Part shown: positions 45,053 through 53,564 of the stretch, piece after piece
Position numbering within the stretch: position 1 is the first letter of the stretch
Layout of the letters: every line of letters begins with the position of its first letter
NCBI GenBank assembly: GCA_963844715.1
Contig: CAWJPJ010000005.1
Location: forward strand, 192,001 to 256,000
DNA: 64,000 nt
Direction: 5' to 3'
Source of the DNA: an uncultured Phycisphaerales bacterium
GTDB taxonomy: Bacteria; Planctomycetota; Phycisphaerae; Tepidisphaerales; Tepidisphaeraceae
Notes under the pieces: model-generated
Database searches by the model: none
What the model was told of the DNA's origin: nothing
What the model saw: only the letters and a program-made list of their open reading frames with translations
Translations under genes and position numbers: made by a program

Positions 45053-45700
45053 ATGAGCCCCCTGTGGCAGGCGCTGATTCAATCGCTGCGGATTTCGCTG
45101 TGCGCCACGGTGGGGGTGACGGTCGTCGGCGTCCCTGTCGCGTACTTACTCGCCCGCCACAAGTTTCCTGGGAAGGGGATCGTTCAAAGTCTTCTGACGC
45201 TGCCCCTGGTCCTGCCGCCGACTGTGGTGGGGTATTTTTTGCTAGTGCTCCTGGGGCATAACGGGGTAATCAGTCATCCTCTGCATTTCAGCATTTTGTG
45301 GACGTGGTATGGGGCGGCGACGGCGGCGGGCGTGGTGGCGTTTCCGCTGCTGCTGCTGCCGGCGCGGGCGGCATTTGCCGGGGTGGATCGGGAGCTTGAA
45401 GACGTGGCCCGGCTGGCGGGGGCGAGCCGGCTGGAGACGTTTTTGTATGTGAGTTTGCCGCTGGCGGCGCCAGGAATCGCCAGCGGCGTGCTGCTCACCT
45501 TTGCCCGCGCCCTGGGGGAGTTTGGCGCTACCGTGATGATTCTAGGCATTCAGGACCGCTCCAATACTTTGCCGCTTTTTGTATATGAACAGTTCGAGGA
45601 ACTGACGCCGCAGGGGATGATCCCGGCGGTGCTGGTCCTGACCGGGGTGACTCTAGTTGTTATTGCGATTTATAACCGGCTGCCCGCCAATCGGGTCTGA
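45053..45700 (+). CDS. modB: Molybdate ABC transporter permease
   Basis: 'LPLVLPPTVVGY', EAA loop, 'FARALGEFGAT'. Confidence 0.95.
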   Translation: MSPLWQALIQSLRISLCATVGVTVVGVPVAYLLARHKFPGKGIVQSLLTLPLVLPPTVVGYFLLVLLGHNGVISHPLHFSILWTWYGAATAAGVVAFPLLLLPARAAFAGVDRELEDVARLAGASRLETFLYVSLPLAAPGIASGVLLTFARALGEFGATVMILGIQDRSNTLPLFVYEQFEELTPQGMIPAVLVLTGVTLVVIAIYNRLPANRV

Positions 45701-45842
45701 CTCCGATCCCCGACTGCAAATTTTGCTTGTGTACAACTTCACAAAGTTTCAAACGTCTAGTTATGTAGAGAGGAGCCAATGGCCAGGGGAGAGAGAGGGA
45801 GTTTAGAAGAATGGTGAACGCCCCGTTGGGCAGGAGCTGGCC

Positions 45843-46211
45843 ATGATCAAGATCAAGCATTTTATGGACGCGCCGGAAGAGGATGATGGGCGCCGGATTT
45901 GGGTGGAGCCGTTTGGCGTGACGGCGGATTTATCGATGTGGTGCAAGGTGGATCATACGCTTTGCCATGTCGCGCCGCCGAGAGGGTTGTGGGATTGGTT
46001 CGAGACTCATCCCCAGGGTTACGATTATTTCCGCGCTCGATATCACACCTGGCTGAGCAAGAGTCCGTACAAGCCGGCGCTTCAGGCCCTCGCGTGCGCG
46101 GCGGTTCGCGAGAACATCACGCTGCTGCACCAGGAGGACGATCCGGAACACAATTCGGCGACGGCGCTGTACGACTACCTGAATGAACTTGAGGCGTACT
46201 GCAAAGAATAA
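45843..46211 (+). CDS. DUF488/YeaO family protein
   Basis: 'IKIK..D...EDDGRRI.V', 'VAP...L..WF', 'F.ARY', 'ITLL', 'EHN.A..L..YL'. Confidence 0.8.
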   Translation: MIKIKHFMDAPEEDDGRRIWVEPFGVTADLSMWCKVDHTLCHVAPPRGLWDWFETHPQGYDYFRARYHTWLSKSPYKPALQALACAAVRENITLLHQEDDPEHNSATALYDYLNELEAYCKE

Positions 46212-46326
46212 AATGCAACCGCGGAGACATGGAGACGCTGAGGCAGACGCAGAGAAGGGCTTAAAAATAGGCCGTTTTTCTTCTCCGCGTCTGCCTCAGC
46301 GTCTCTGTGGCTCCGTGGTTGCATTT
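46211..46326. repeat. Long inverted repeat (47-bp arms) of GAGACGC(A/T)GAG-type units between convergent genes
   Basis: Arms 46211-46257 and 46280-46326 match at 42/47 positions. Confidence 0.85.
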
Positions 46327-48030
46327 GTGCTTTGAGTAGCGGCGGGGATAGGTTTGCGAACTACCAAAAGCGCCGGCTCGTGGTTTTTGGATAGATCGAG
46401 GGAGAATACCGGGGGGTTCTTCTGCACGACGCATTGGTCGGCCACGTAGAACTGGTCGCGCAAATCCGCCGGGACGTTGTCCCAATCTTTTTCCCTTACT
46501 AAACAGGCCTGGGTCGTCGGCAAAATCGCCAGCAGGGATTTCATGTCGCGGATTTCCACGATTCGTCGGCGGGAAAGGTAGACGAGATTTCGCGGGCTCA
46601 GGCCGCTGGCGGTGACGAGGGGTTCGTCGGGGGCGAGGGAGGCGGTCACCGTGGGGGCAAGAGTCATCCAGGTTTTCCCGGCCAGCGGCGGGATGCTAAG
46701 GCCGCCTAGATAGACGTTCACGGAAATCAGCGCCAGAACAATGCTGGGAACGAGTCGATGAATTTTGGGGTCCCGCCAGTGTCTTAGCAGGAAATCGGCC
46801 GCGATGAGAAGGACGGCCACGTGAGCCCAGAGCCAGCGGGTATCGTCGTGGGGGCTGCAAAAGATCATCAGGAGGAGCGGCACGATGAGGAGCGCGACGA
46901 CCACGCCATAGGTGAGTGTTGCCGTGGAGAGGAGGCCGCGGATCTTCGGGTTGTCATAGGCGGCGTCGAGCCAGCCGGCCAGGAGCATCGCAGTCGGGCC
47001 GATAGGGGTGAGCATGTAGCGCGTGCTCTTGCGATGGGCGCAGGTGAGCACAAGGAGGACGGCGGCGAGCCAGAAGATGAGAAACTTGGCGCAGGGCCTG
47101 CGCCGTGAAGCCGCCTTTGCGGCCGGCTAGGGCGGCCGCCGCGATGAGCGGAATCCAGGGGAGGATGCTGGGGATGAGTTGGGGGAAAATTCTCAGGCAA
47201 TCTTTGAGCGAATTGACCGGCCCGGAGAATTGCGCGTAGGACTCGTGTGAGCCGGGATTGAGCAGGGTGTCCTTGAATTGCTGCGCGTTGCGATGAATGA
47301 AGACGACGGCCCAGGGGACGACGATGAGAATCACAATGATGGGGCCGCCGATCCAGGGGAATTGTTTAAGCGTGGCCCAATCGCGCCGGAAAATCACCCA
47401 AAGCATAGGAAGGAGGCACCAGACCAGGCCGACGGGGCCTTTAGTTAGAACGCCCAAACCCATGGCGACGAAATAGAGATACCCGGCCCACTTTGGGGCG
47501 GGTTCGACAGGTAAAACAATTCGTATGAAGGCATAGAGAGCAACGGACGTAAACGCCCAGAGCGAGGCATCCGTAATCGCGGCCCGGCTAAGCTGGACGA
47601 CCGTCAAGTGTCCGGCGGCAATCACCGCCGCGAGCAAGGCAGGACGATTGCCCAGCAGGTGCCGGGCCGTGAGCCAGATCATGAATATCGCGGCGAACGT
47701 CGCAGCCGCCGAGCACAGGCGGGCTACGGCGATGTGAATCCCGAAAATCTTGAACGCGACTCCGATGATCCAATAAAAGAGGATCGGCTTGACCAGCCGC
47801 GCTTCGCCGTTGAAGTGCGGGGTGATCCAGTCGTGCTGCTCAACCATCTGCCGCGACGCGGTGATGTAGTCGAATTCGTCGGGGTCTACGAAGGGGAACC
47901 GTTGGATGTTGGTGTAAGAAAGGACGGTGAGGAGCAGCGCGCCAATGGCGGCCCATTTTTCCCAGGAACGGCGTGGGGGGAGAGTTGAGTCGATGGGTTG
48001 GGAGGGAGATTCGATTGCGGGGGCGGTCAT
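46296..48030 (-). CDS. ArnT/PMT-family (GT83/GT39-like) glycosyltransferase, frameshifted near 47070
   Basis: 'DPDE..Y..ASRQM....DWITPHFNG..RL.KPIL.YW', 'LTKGPVG'. Confidence 0.88.
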
Positions 48031-48082
48031 TGTTGTTGGGAAAAAGTACCGGGAAGGCCAACGGATAGCCATCCGTTGGCGT

Positions 48083-48814
48083 TCAGTTCCATTGAAGCGT
48101 TTCTAAATGCCTTTGAAGGTCGCCTGCTGTAGAGAAACTTTCCAGGATCAGCGAATCCTTCAGGCCGCGGACGATTTGTTTTACTACCGGGGGTTGGCTG
48201 GCATAGTGATCTCGCCCGCCGACGATGGTGTGTAGGACTTGGACGAGGTTCAGGACATCTTTTTCTATTTTTGCCCGGGTCGGACGACCCAAGTCAAAGA
48301 AGTCCAGGAGTTTAACTTCGAAGGTAATTCCCTGGCGGCGGATCATGATATTGTCTTCGTGGATATCCCCGTGATATTCGCCGCGGGCGTGGATGGGCGC
48401 GATGCCTCGGGCCAGCACATAGAGGACATGGAGCGCTTCGAAGGTACTGAGGCGGTGCCCGTGCTGTTTTTGCAGGAACTCGCTTAGTTTCTGCCCTTCG
48501 ACCAGTTCGCTGATGACGACGATGACCTTGCGGCGTTTGACGTAGGCGATCTCCTGGTGGTGGTATTGCATCAGGATGGGGCAATGGCGGAGAGCGTCCA
48601 GCTTTCTTGCGTAAACGATCGCGGCTTTGCCTGTAGGGTCGCGGTGAGGGTAGTAGAACTTCGCGGCGCGTCGGATCCCGGTGCTTTTTTCGACGATGCT
48701 GTAAACCTCGCCCTCCCAGCCACTTCCGAGGATGCGGTCGACGACGTATTTCCCGGCGATCATTCGCCCGGCAGGGAAATCGAAGCGTTTGGACTTACGT
48801 GGCGGACGCTGCAT
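48083..48814 (-). CDS. Short atypical Ser/Thr protein kinase
   Basis: G-loop 'LGSGWEGEVY', 'RAAK', catalytic 'HGDIHEDNI', 'LLDFF'. ATG at 48814. Confidence 0.8.
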   Translation of the reverse strand: MQRPPRKSKRFDFPAGRMIAGKYVVDRILGSGWEGEVYSIVEKSTGIRRAAKFYYPHRDPTGKAAIVYARKLDALRHCPILMQYHHQEIAYVKRRKVIVVISELVEGQKLSEFLQKQHGHRLSTFEALHVLYVLARGIAPIHARGEYHGDIHEDNIMIRRQGITFEVKLLDFFDLGRPTRAKIEKDVLNLVQVLHTIVGGRDHYASQPPVVKQIVRGLKDSLILESFSTAGDLQRHLETLQWN

Positions 48815-48934
48815 AATTGTTACATCATTGAACACCCCGGCGTTCGGGTCAAACGGCCCGCTTCCGGGCGCAGTTATTGAAATATCCACGATTTGTAACT
48901 CCTTGCAGGACCGCATTTGATAGAATTTCCAGGC

Positions 48935-49330
48935 ATGGAATTCTTGAAGAGCATCGTGGGGAAAATTACCGCCGGGCTGGTCGGCCTGGGGGTGATTGCC
49001 GGTGCCATTTCTTGGTGGCAGATGGGGCCCCAGACGCGGCAGATGCTCGTCCATGGGGTGGAGGAGATCGGGGTTTGGCTGGGGGTCGTGGTCCTTTTGC
49101 CGTGGGTCAGTTTTTCGGTGATTGGGAAAGTGGCCAAGGCGGAGAGCAATCTGGCGGGGGGAGTGCTCGTGGGTGGGTATTCGCTGGCGGAGACGGTGCT
49201 TTTGGCCTGGCTTTTTCACTGGCAGATACTAACTAGCACGGCATGGACGTTTCTGGTCTTCAGCGGGCTCTTCGCCGCGACGTATAATTTGTTGATCTGC
49301 GACTGGATCGCGGAAAAGGTGCATTCGTGA
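48935..49330 (+). CDS. Small 4-TM membrane protein, first gene of the kinase/ESCRT-III-like operon
   Basis: Four hydrophobic helices. Stop overlaps the kinase start (GTGA). Confidence 0.8.
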   Translation: MEFLKSIVGKITAGLVGLGVIAGAISWWQMGPQTRQMLVHGVEEIGVWLGVVVLLPWVSFSVIGKVAKAESNLAGGVLVGGYSLAETVLLAWLFHWQILTSTAWTFLVFSGLFAATYNLLICDWIAEKVHS

Positions 49331-50358
49331 TTGCTCAACCCGGACAACGCGTTGGTGAATATGTGCTGCTCGCGCCCGTGGGCAACGGGGCGTTCGGCGA
49401 AGTCTGGCGCGCCCAGCACCATGTCTGGGCGGATCAGATCGTCGCCGTGAAAATTCCGGCCGACCCGCAGCACCTTCGCGCGCTGCAGCGCGAAGGGGCG
49501 ACGATTCATAATTTGGTTCATCCGAACATCGTGAAGGCGATCGCGTTTGATCCGTATGCGCCGGTGCCGTATCTGGCGATGGAGTATGTGCCCGGCTCGA
49601 GCCTTCGGCCGCTGATCCAGAATAAGTCGCTATCGGTTGCGGACGCGGTGATGATCATGAAGCAGATTCTGCTCGGGCTTCAGTATGCGCATGACAAGGG
49701 TGTGATCCATCGGGACATCAAGCCGGAGAATATTCTCATTCACGAGCGGGCGTGGAAAGAAGGATTGGCGGCGGCGGGGGTGGTGAAGGTGACGGATTTT
49801 GGATTGGGACGGCAAGGGAATTCGCCGGGGGAGGGGTCGATCGCGTATTCGGCCTCGATGAATTCGCCAGGGGCGGGGCAGATCGTGGGGACCCTGGAAT
49901 ACATGTCGCCGGAGCAGAGAAGCGGTGCGCAAGTGGACGCGCGGGCGGATTTGTATTCGTGCGGGGTGGTGCTTTTTGAGATGCTCACCGGACAGCGGCC
50001 GGCGGGGATGGAATTGCCCAGCGATTTGAAGCCGGGTGTGCCACCCGCGCTGGATGAGGCGTTCCGGCGAAGTTATGCGCGATTGGAAAAGCGGTATGGA
50101 TCGGCGGGGGAATTTTTGGCGGCGATCTCGAAGGGGAGTTTTCCGCCGCCGTTGGTGTTGCGGCCTCCTGCAATCGTTTCCAATTGCCCAAATTGCCGCA
50201 TGCCCGTGGATGGGGCGGACCAGTTTTGCATGTATTGCGGTGCGCAGGTCGTGCCGATCGTGCGCAGATGCCCAAAATGCGGGGCCTACCCCGATGCGAC
50301 GGACAAATATTGCATGTTTTGCGGCCAATCCATGGTAAATCCAATGGTAACGGCGTAA
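49327..50358 (+). CDS. Hanks-type Ser/Thr kinase with C-terminal double zinc ribbon
   Basis: 'GNGAFGEVW', 'VAVK', 'HRDIKPENI', 'DFGLG', 'GTLEYMSPE', then CPNC/CMYC/CPKC/CMFC. Confidence 0.93.
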   Translation: MIAQPGQRVGEYVLLAPVGNGAFGEVWRAQHHVWADQIVAVKIPADPQHLRALQREGATIHNLVHPNIVKAIAFDPYAPVPYLAMEYVPGSSLRPLIQNKSLSVADAVMIMKQILLGLQYAHDKGVIHRDIKPENILIHERAWKEGLAAAGVVKVTDFGLGRQGNSPGEGSIAYSASMNSPGAGQIVGTLEYMSPEQRSGAQVDARADLYSCGVVLFEMLTGQRPAGMELPSDLKPGVPPALDEAFRRSYARLEKRYGSAGEFLAAISKGSFPPPLVLRPPAIVSNCPNCRMPVDGADQFCMYCGAQVVPIVRRCPKCGAYPDATDKYCMFCGQSMVNPMVTA

Positions 50359-50368
50359 GAGGCGACAA

Positions 50369-50651
50369 ATGCCGGGTTTGGGATTTGATATACTGCTGGT
50401 CTTCACGGTGATGGTGCTCGCCTGGCTGATTTTCGTCGGGTGGGTGGCCGGCATGATCCTCCGCGGAATCTGGCGCGGGTTGAGATGGATGCTCGGAGCC
50501 GCCGCGCGCCGGGCGTGTATGAAGCGACGGCGTGGCGATGGTGCTCGCGGATTCGCTGCGGCGCGAAAATCCGCCCCAGGCGCGATTTTGCCGGCGGTGT
50601 GGAATGCCGCTGGTCGCGGCGGCGCGGAATCGCCAGAGAGCCGCGGCTTAA
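50369..50651 (+). CDS. TM + zinc-ribbon protein (two frameshifts)
   Basis: TM 'ILLVFTVMVLAWLIFVGWVAGMIL'. Across frames it reads 'CSRIRCGA..NPPQARFCRRCGMPL...AAA*', TAA at 50649. Confidence 0.6.
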
Positions 50652-50669
50652 GGAACAGACGGCCGGACG

Positions 50670-50792
50670 ATGAACAGAGTCTATCTCGTCGTCTCGCTGG
50701 TCGGCTGGATTTGGTGCGTCGCCGCGGGAGCGGTGATTTACATAAAGTGGCGCCGGAAAAGATCCGGCGGAACGAAAAATGATCGGTCCTGA
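50670..50792 (+). CDS. 40-aa single-TM small protein (not in the ORF track)
   Basis: MNRVYLVVSLVGWIWCVAAGAVIYIKWRRKRSGGTKNDRS*: TM helix then basic stop-transfer cluster, filling the operon gap. Confidence 0.6.
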   Translation: MNRVYLVVSLVGWIWCVAAGAVIYIKWRRKRSGGTKNDRS

Positions 50793-52263
50793 TCCGCAAT
50801 TTCATCGAAGGCTTGAATCGCAATTCATGCTCCGCGTGCAGCAATTGCTCGACGATCCTCGCTTGCGCCTCGAGACGGTGGAAGGTCGCCGTCCGGTGAC
50901 GGATTATCAGCGCCAAGTCACGGCCACGGATCAGGCGGTGGAACTGAAGCGGCTGATGAGCAAACTCGGAAAGCCGGATCGGGAACTCGAAGCGCAGATG
51001 CCGGTGGGCAAGCGGATGGACGTGGTTCTCTACGAGAAGAAATTCTGGTCGGGGAAGACCTCACTGGGACGATTGCGGGTGGCATGCCTATCGCCGACGC
51101 AGCAGCTTATCGAGGGCAAACCATTGGACGCGGCGTCGGCAGAGGATATCCAGAACGTGATATCGCAGTTGCCGCCCCCGCTGCCAGGAATGCCGGCGTC
51201 GCCGCCGACGGTGGTCGTGATGTCGACGAGCGGGTTTACGCCCGAGGCGACGGAAGCGATGGAGCGGGGCGAGGACCGGACGGTGATTTTGCTTTGGCCG
51301 AATCGATCGGGAGGGTGGACGGCGGCGGGCCCGCCGCAGACGCAATTCATCGCCGATCTGTTCGATCCGGAATCGCCCGGCGACAAGAAGCGGCGCATTC
51401 GGGCCGCGATCGAACTGGGACAATCGGAACTGATTACCGGTGCGCTGGTCGGGGAGAAGCTGGCGGCGGATACGGAACTGCCGCTACGAATGGTCGAAGA
51501 CGAAATGAAACTCTACGCGAGGGAATATCCCGGCCTGGTGGCCAAGCGATTGCGCGGCCAAATGGCGCTGTACCGCGAGGGACAGACGCCGCCCGTCGGT
51601 TTACTCCTTCGAGGAGGCGGCAGCATGCCTGTCATGGATCGTTTCTTCCTTACCCGGCTCAAGGCCATCTTTTCGCGAAAGGGCGATCTCGACAAAAAGA
51701 TCGCGCTGCTTTCGGAGCGGCGGGCCGATCTGACGCAATTGCGGGATCGGGGATATCAGGATTTGTCGGTGCTCGAGAAGAAAGAGGATGAGCTGCGCGT
51801 GCAGTTCAAGGACGCGGCGGAGATGCCGCGCCGGCGCATCACCAGCCAGTTGCTCCAGCTTCGCAAGGACGTGGCGCGGCGGCGTCAGCTTTTGTCGGTG
51901 CTGAATCAGCAGGTCAACGTGATCAACACGCATCTGCATTCCCTGGAATTGCAGAAGCAGGGGGAATACGCACAGCTTCCTAGCCCCGATGAGATCGCGG
52001 CGGACGCCTCGAAGGCGGAGGAAGTTTTGGCTCAGCTCGAGGCGGACAGTGAACTGGCGCAGAGCGTTGCCGCAGACACGCATAGCGCGCTGTGGTCCGA
52101 GGAGCAATCGCTGTATGAGGAATTGGTGAAAGAGGACTCGGAGATCGGCAAGACGGAATCGACGCCGGAGGTGGAAGGGCTGCCTGAATCAGGGCCGGAT
52201 GAGCCGGTGCTGCAAAAGCCGCCGGCCTCGCGGTTGCGGCGTTCCGAGGCGGAGCCGGGGTGA
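50779..52263 (+). CDS. Fusion protein: alpha/beta (REase-fold-like) + wHTH-like N-terminus, ESCRT-III/Snf7-like C-terminus
   Basis: 'VVVMSTSGFTPEA...VILL', HTH-like 'GEKLAADTELPLRMVEDEMK', then amphipathic 'FFLTRLKAIFSRK', a long basic helical hairpin and an acidic tail. Confidence 0.6.
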   Translation: MIGPDPQFHRRLESQFMLRVQQLLDDPRLRLETVEGRRPVTDYQRQVTATDQAVELKRLMSKLGKPDRELEAQMPVGKRMDVVLYEKKFWSGKTSLGRLRVACLSPTQQLIEGKPLDAASAEDIQNVISQLPPPLPGMPASPPTVVVMSTSGFTPEATEAMERGEDRTVILLWPNRSGGWTAAGPPQTQFIADLFDPESPGDKKRRIRAAIELGQSELITGALVGEKLAADTELPLRMVEDEMKLYAREYPGLVAKRLRGQMALYREGQTPPVGLLLRGGGSMPVMDRFFLTRLKAIFSRKGDLDKKIALLSERRADLTQLRDRGYQDLSVLEKKEDELRVQFKDAAEMPRRRITSQLLQLRKDVARRRQLLSVLNQQVNVINTHLHSLELQKQGEYAQLPSPDEIAADASKAEEVLAQLEADSELAQSVAADTHSALWSEEQSLYEELVKEDSEIGKTESTPEVEGLPESGPDEPVLQKPPASRLRRSEAEPG

Positions 52264-52266
52264 GCC

Positions 52267-52875
52267 ATGGCACTCATTGACAAACTATTCGGCAGCCGCA
52301 AGACGCTGAGCCGCCTGTCGCGGCAGGAGCTGCGCAAGGAAGAAATCCTCCTTACCCGGCAGCGGGACCGGCTCTTCGAGCGGCTCGATAAGCTGGTCGT
52401 CGAGAAGCAGAAAATCTTCCAGCAGGGGGCGGGGCAAAAATCGCCGGAAGTGCGCGAGGCGCGTGCGCAGACGTTTGAGCTGAAAACGCAGGAACAACTG
52501 TTCGCGGCCCGCGAGCTAACGCTGCGGAGCAAGGAATTACTGACGGTTTCGCGCTTGCGGCTGATCAAGGAGCGGAACGAACGCGGGAAAGCCGCGGGTT
52601 TGCTTAATCTGACGGACGGGGATGTGGCGCGGATCAGCCAATGGATCAGCGACGACGCGGTTTCGCAGGACACCTATCAGGATCGATTGGATGCGCTGCT
52701 GGAACTGGGGACGGAATCGGATGCGGACGCGATCGCCGGCGCGGGGCTGACGGCCGCAGGGCAGGAACTGATGAAAGTGTGGAGCGACATGGACAAGGGC
52801 GTAGTGAAGGGCGATCGCGCCTTTGCCGCGGCCGACGAGGCGGTGCGGACCCGGCAGGCGGACGCGTCGCTGTAA
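52267..52875 (+). CDS. ESCRT-III-like coiled-coil protein (202 aa)
   Basis: Amphipathic 'MALIDKLFGSRK', basic two-helix hairpin, acidic C-terminal half. Confidence 0.55.
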   Translation: MALIDKLFGSRKTLSRLSRQELRKEEILLTRQRDRLFERLDKLVVEKQKIFQQGAGQKSPEVREARAQTFELKTQEQLFAARELTLRSKELLTVSRLRLIKERNERGKAAGLLNLTDGDVARISQWISDDAVSQDTYQDRLDALLELGTESDADAIAGAGLTAAGQELMKVWSDMDKGVVKGDRAFAAADEAVRTRQADASL

Positions 52876-52922
52876 GTATTGCGCCAAATTAGCGGCGGTC
52901 GCCGCGGCGCTTGCGAGTCATC

Positions 52923-53528
52923 ATGGGACTGTTCAAAACGGATTCGGAACGGCGGATCGAGCGCGAGCTGAAGATCAAGGGGGGCTGCGCAGCGATCGAG
53001 CGCTCGATCCGGCAGCAGGAGAAATTCGCCGAAGATTTCATCCAGAACGCGCGGAAGGCGCGAAAAATCGGGGACGAGGGGCAATACCAATTCATCCGCA
53101 ACGCGCTGAAGCGCACCGCGGCCATCAAGAAGATGCTGGAGCGGCAGCTTCTGTCGATGAAGAACGCCATGCTGATTCAGCAGCAGGCGCAGGCCAGCCG
53201 GGAATTTTCCGAGTCGATGAACCTGATGGCGCAGCAGATCGGGCAAGTCTTCGGGGAGCTGGACCTCACCAAGACGCAATCGCAATGGGAGAAAGCGGTA
53301 ACCCAGGCCTCCAGCATCGAGGAGCGGATGGATTTGTTCCTGGATTCGATGGAGCAATCGTCGGAACTGGGGGCGTCCGCGCCGGCGCCGCGCGAGGGCC
53401 TGGTAACGGATGACGAAATCGACCGGATGATCGCGGCGGACGTTCTGGCGGAAGAGCGCACGGAACTGGGAAAGCTGGACCAACTCGAATCGGAAATCGC
53501 CAAGGAACTGGGGAAAAACGCGGAATGA
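52923..53528 (+). CDS. Snf7/ESCRT-III family-like protein (Vps2/Did2/CdvB type, 201 aa)
   Basis: 'MGLFK', 'NARKARKIGDE' hairpin turn, 'FSESMNLMAQQI', 'SIEERMDLFLDSM', 'TDDEIDRMI', terminal helix 'LDQLESEIAKEL'. Confidence 0.7.
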   Translation: MGLFKTDSERRIERELKIKGGCAAIERSIRQQEKFAEDFIQNARKARKIGDEGQYQFIRNALKRTAAIKKMLERQLLSMKNAMLIQQQAQASREFSESMNLMAQQIGQVFGELDLTKTQSQWEKAVTQASSIEERMDLFLDSMEQSSELGASAPAPREGLVTDDEIDRMIAADVLAEERTELGKLDQLESEIAKELGKNAE

Positions 53529-53564
53529 TCGCCGCGGACATCGATGCCTGCTAGAATATCTGCG

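Noticed and set aside
48815..49219. N-terminal extension of the minus-strand kinase to 378 aa
   Set aside because: It overlaps the plus-strand 4-TM gene, and kinase-like sequence starts only after ATG 48814.
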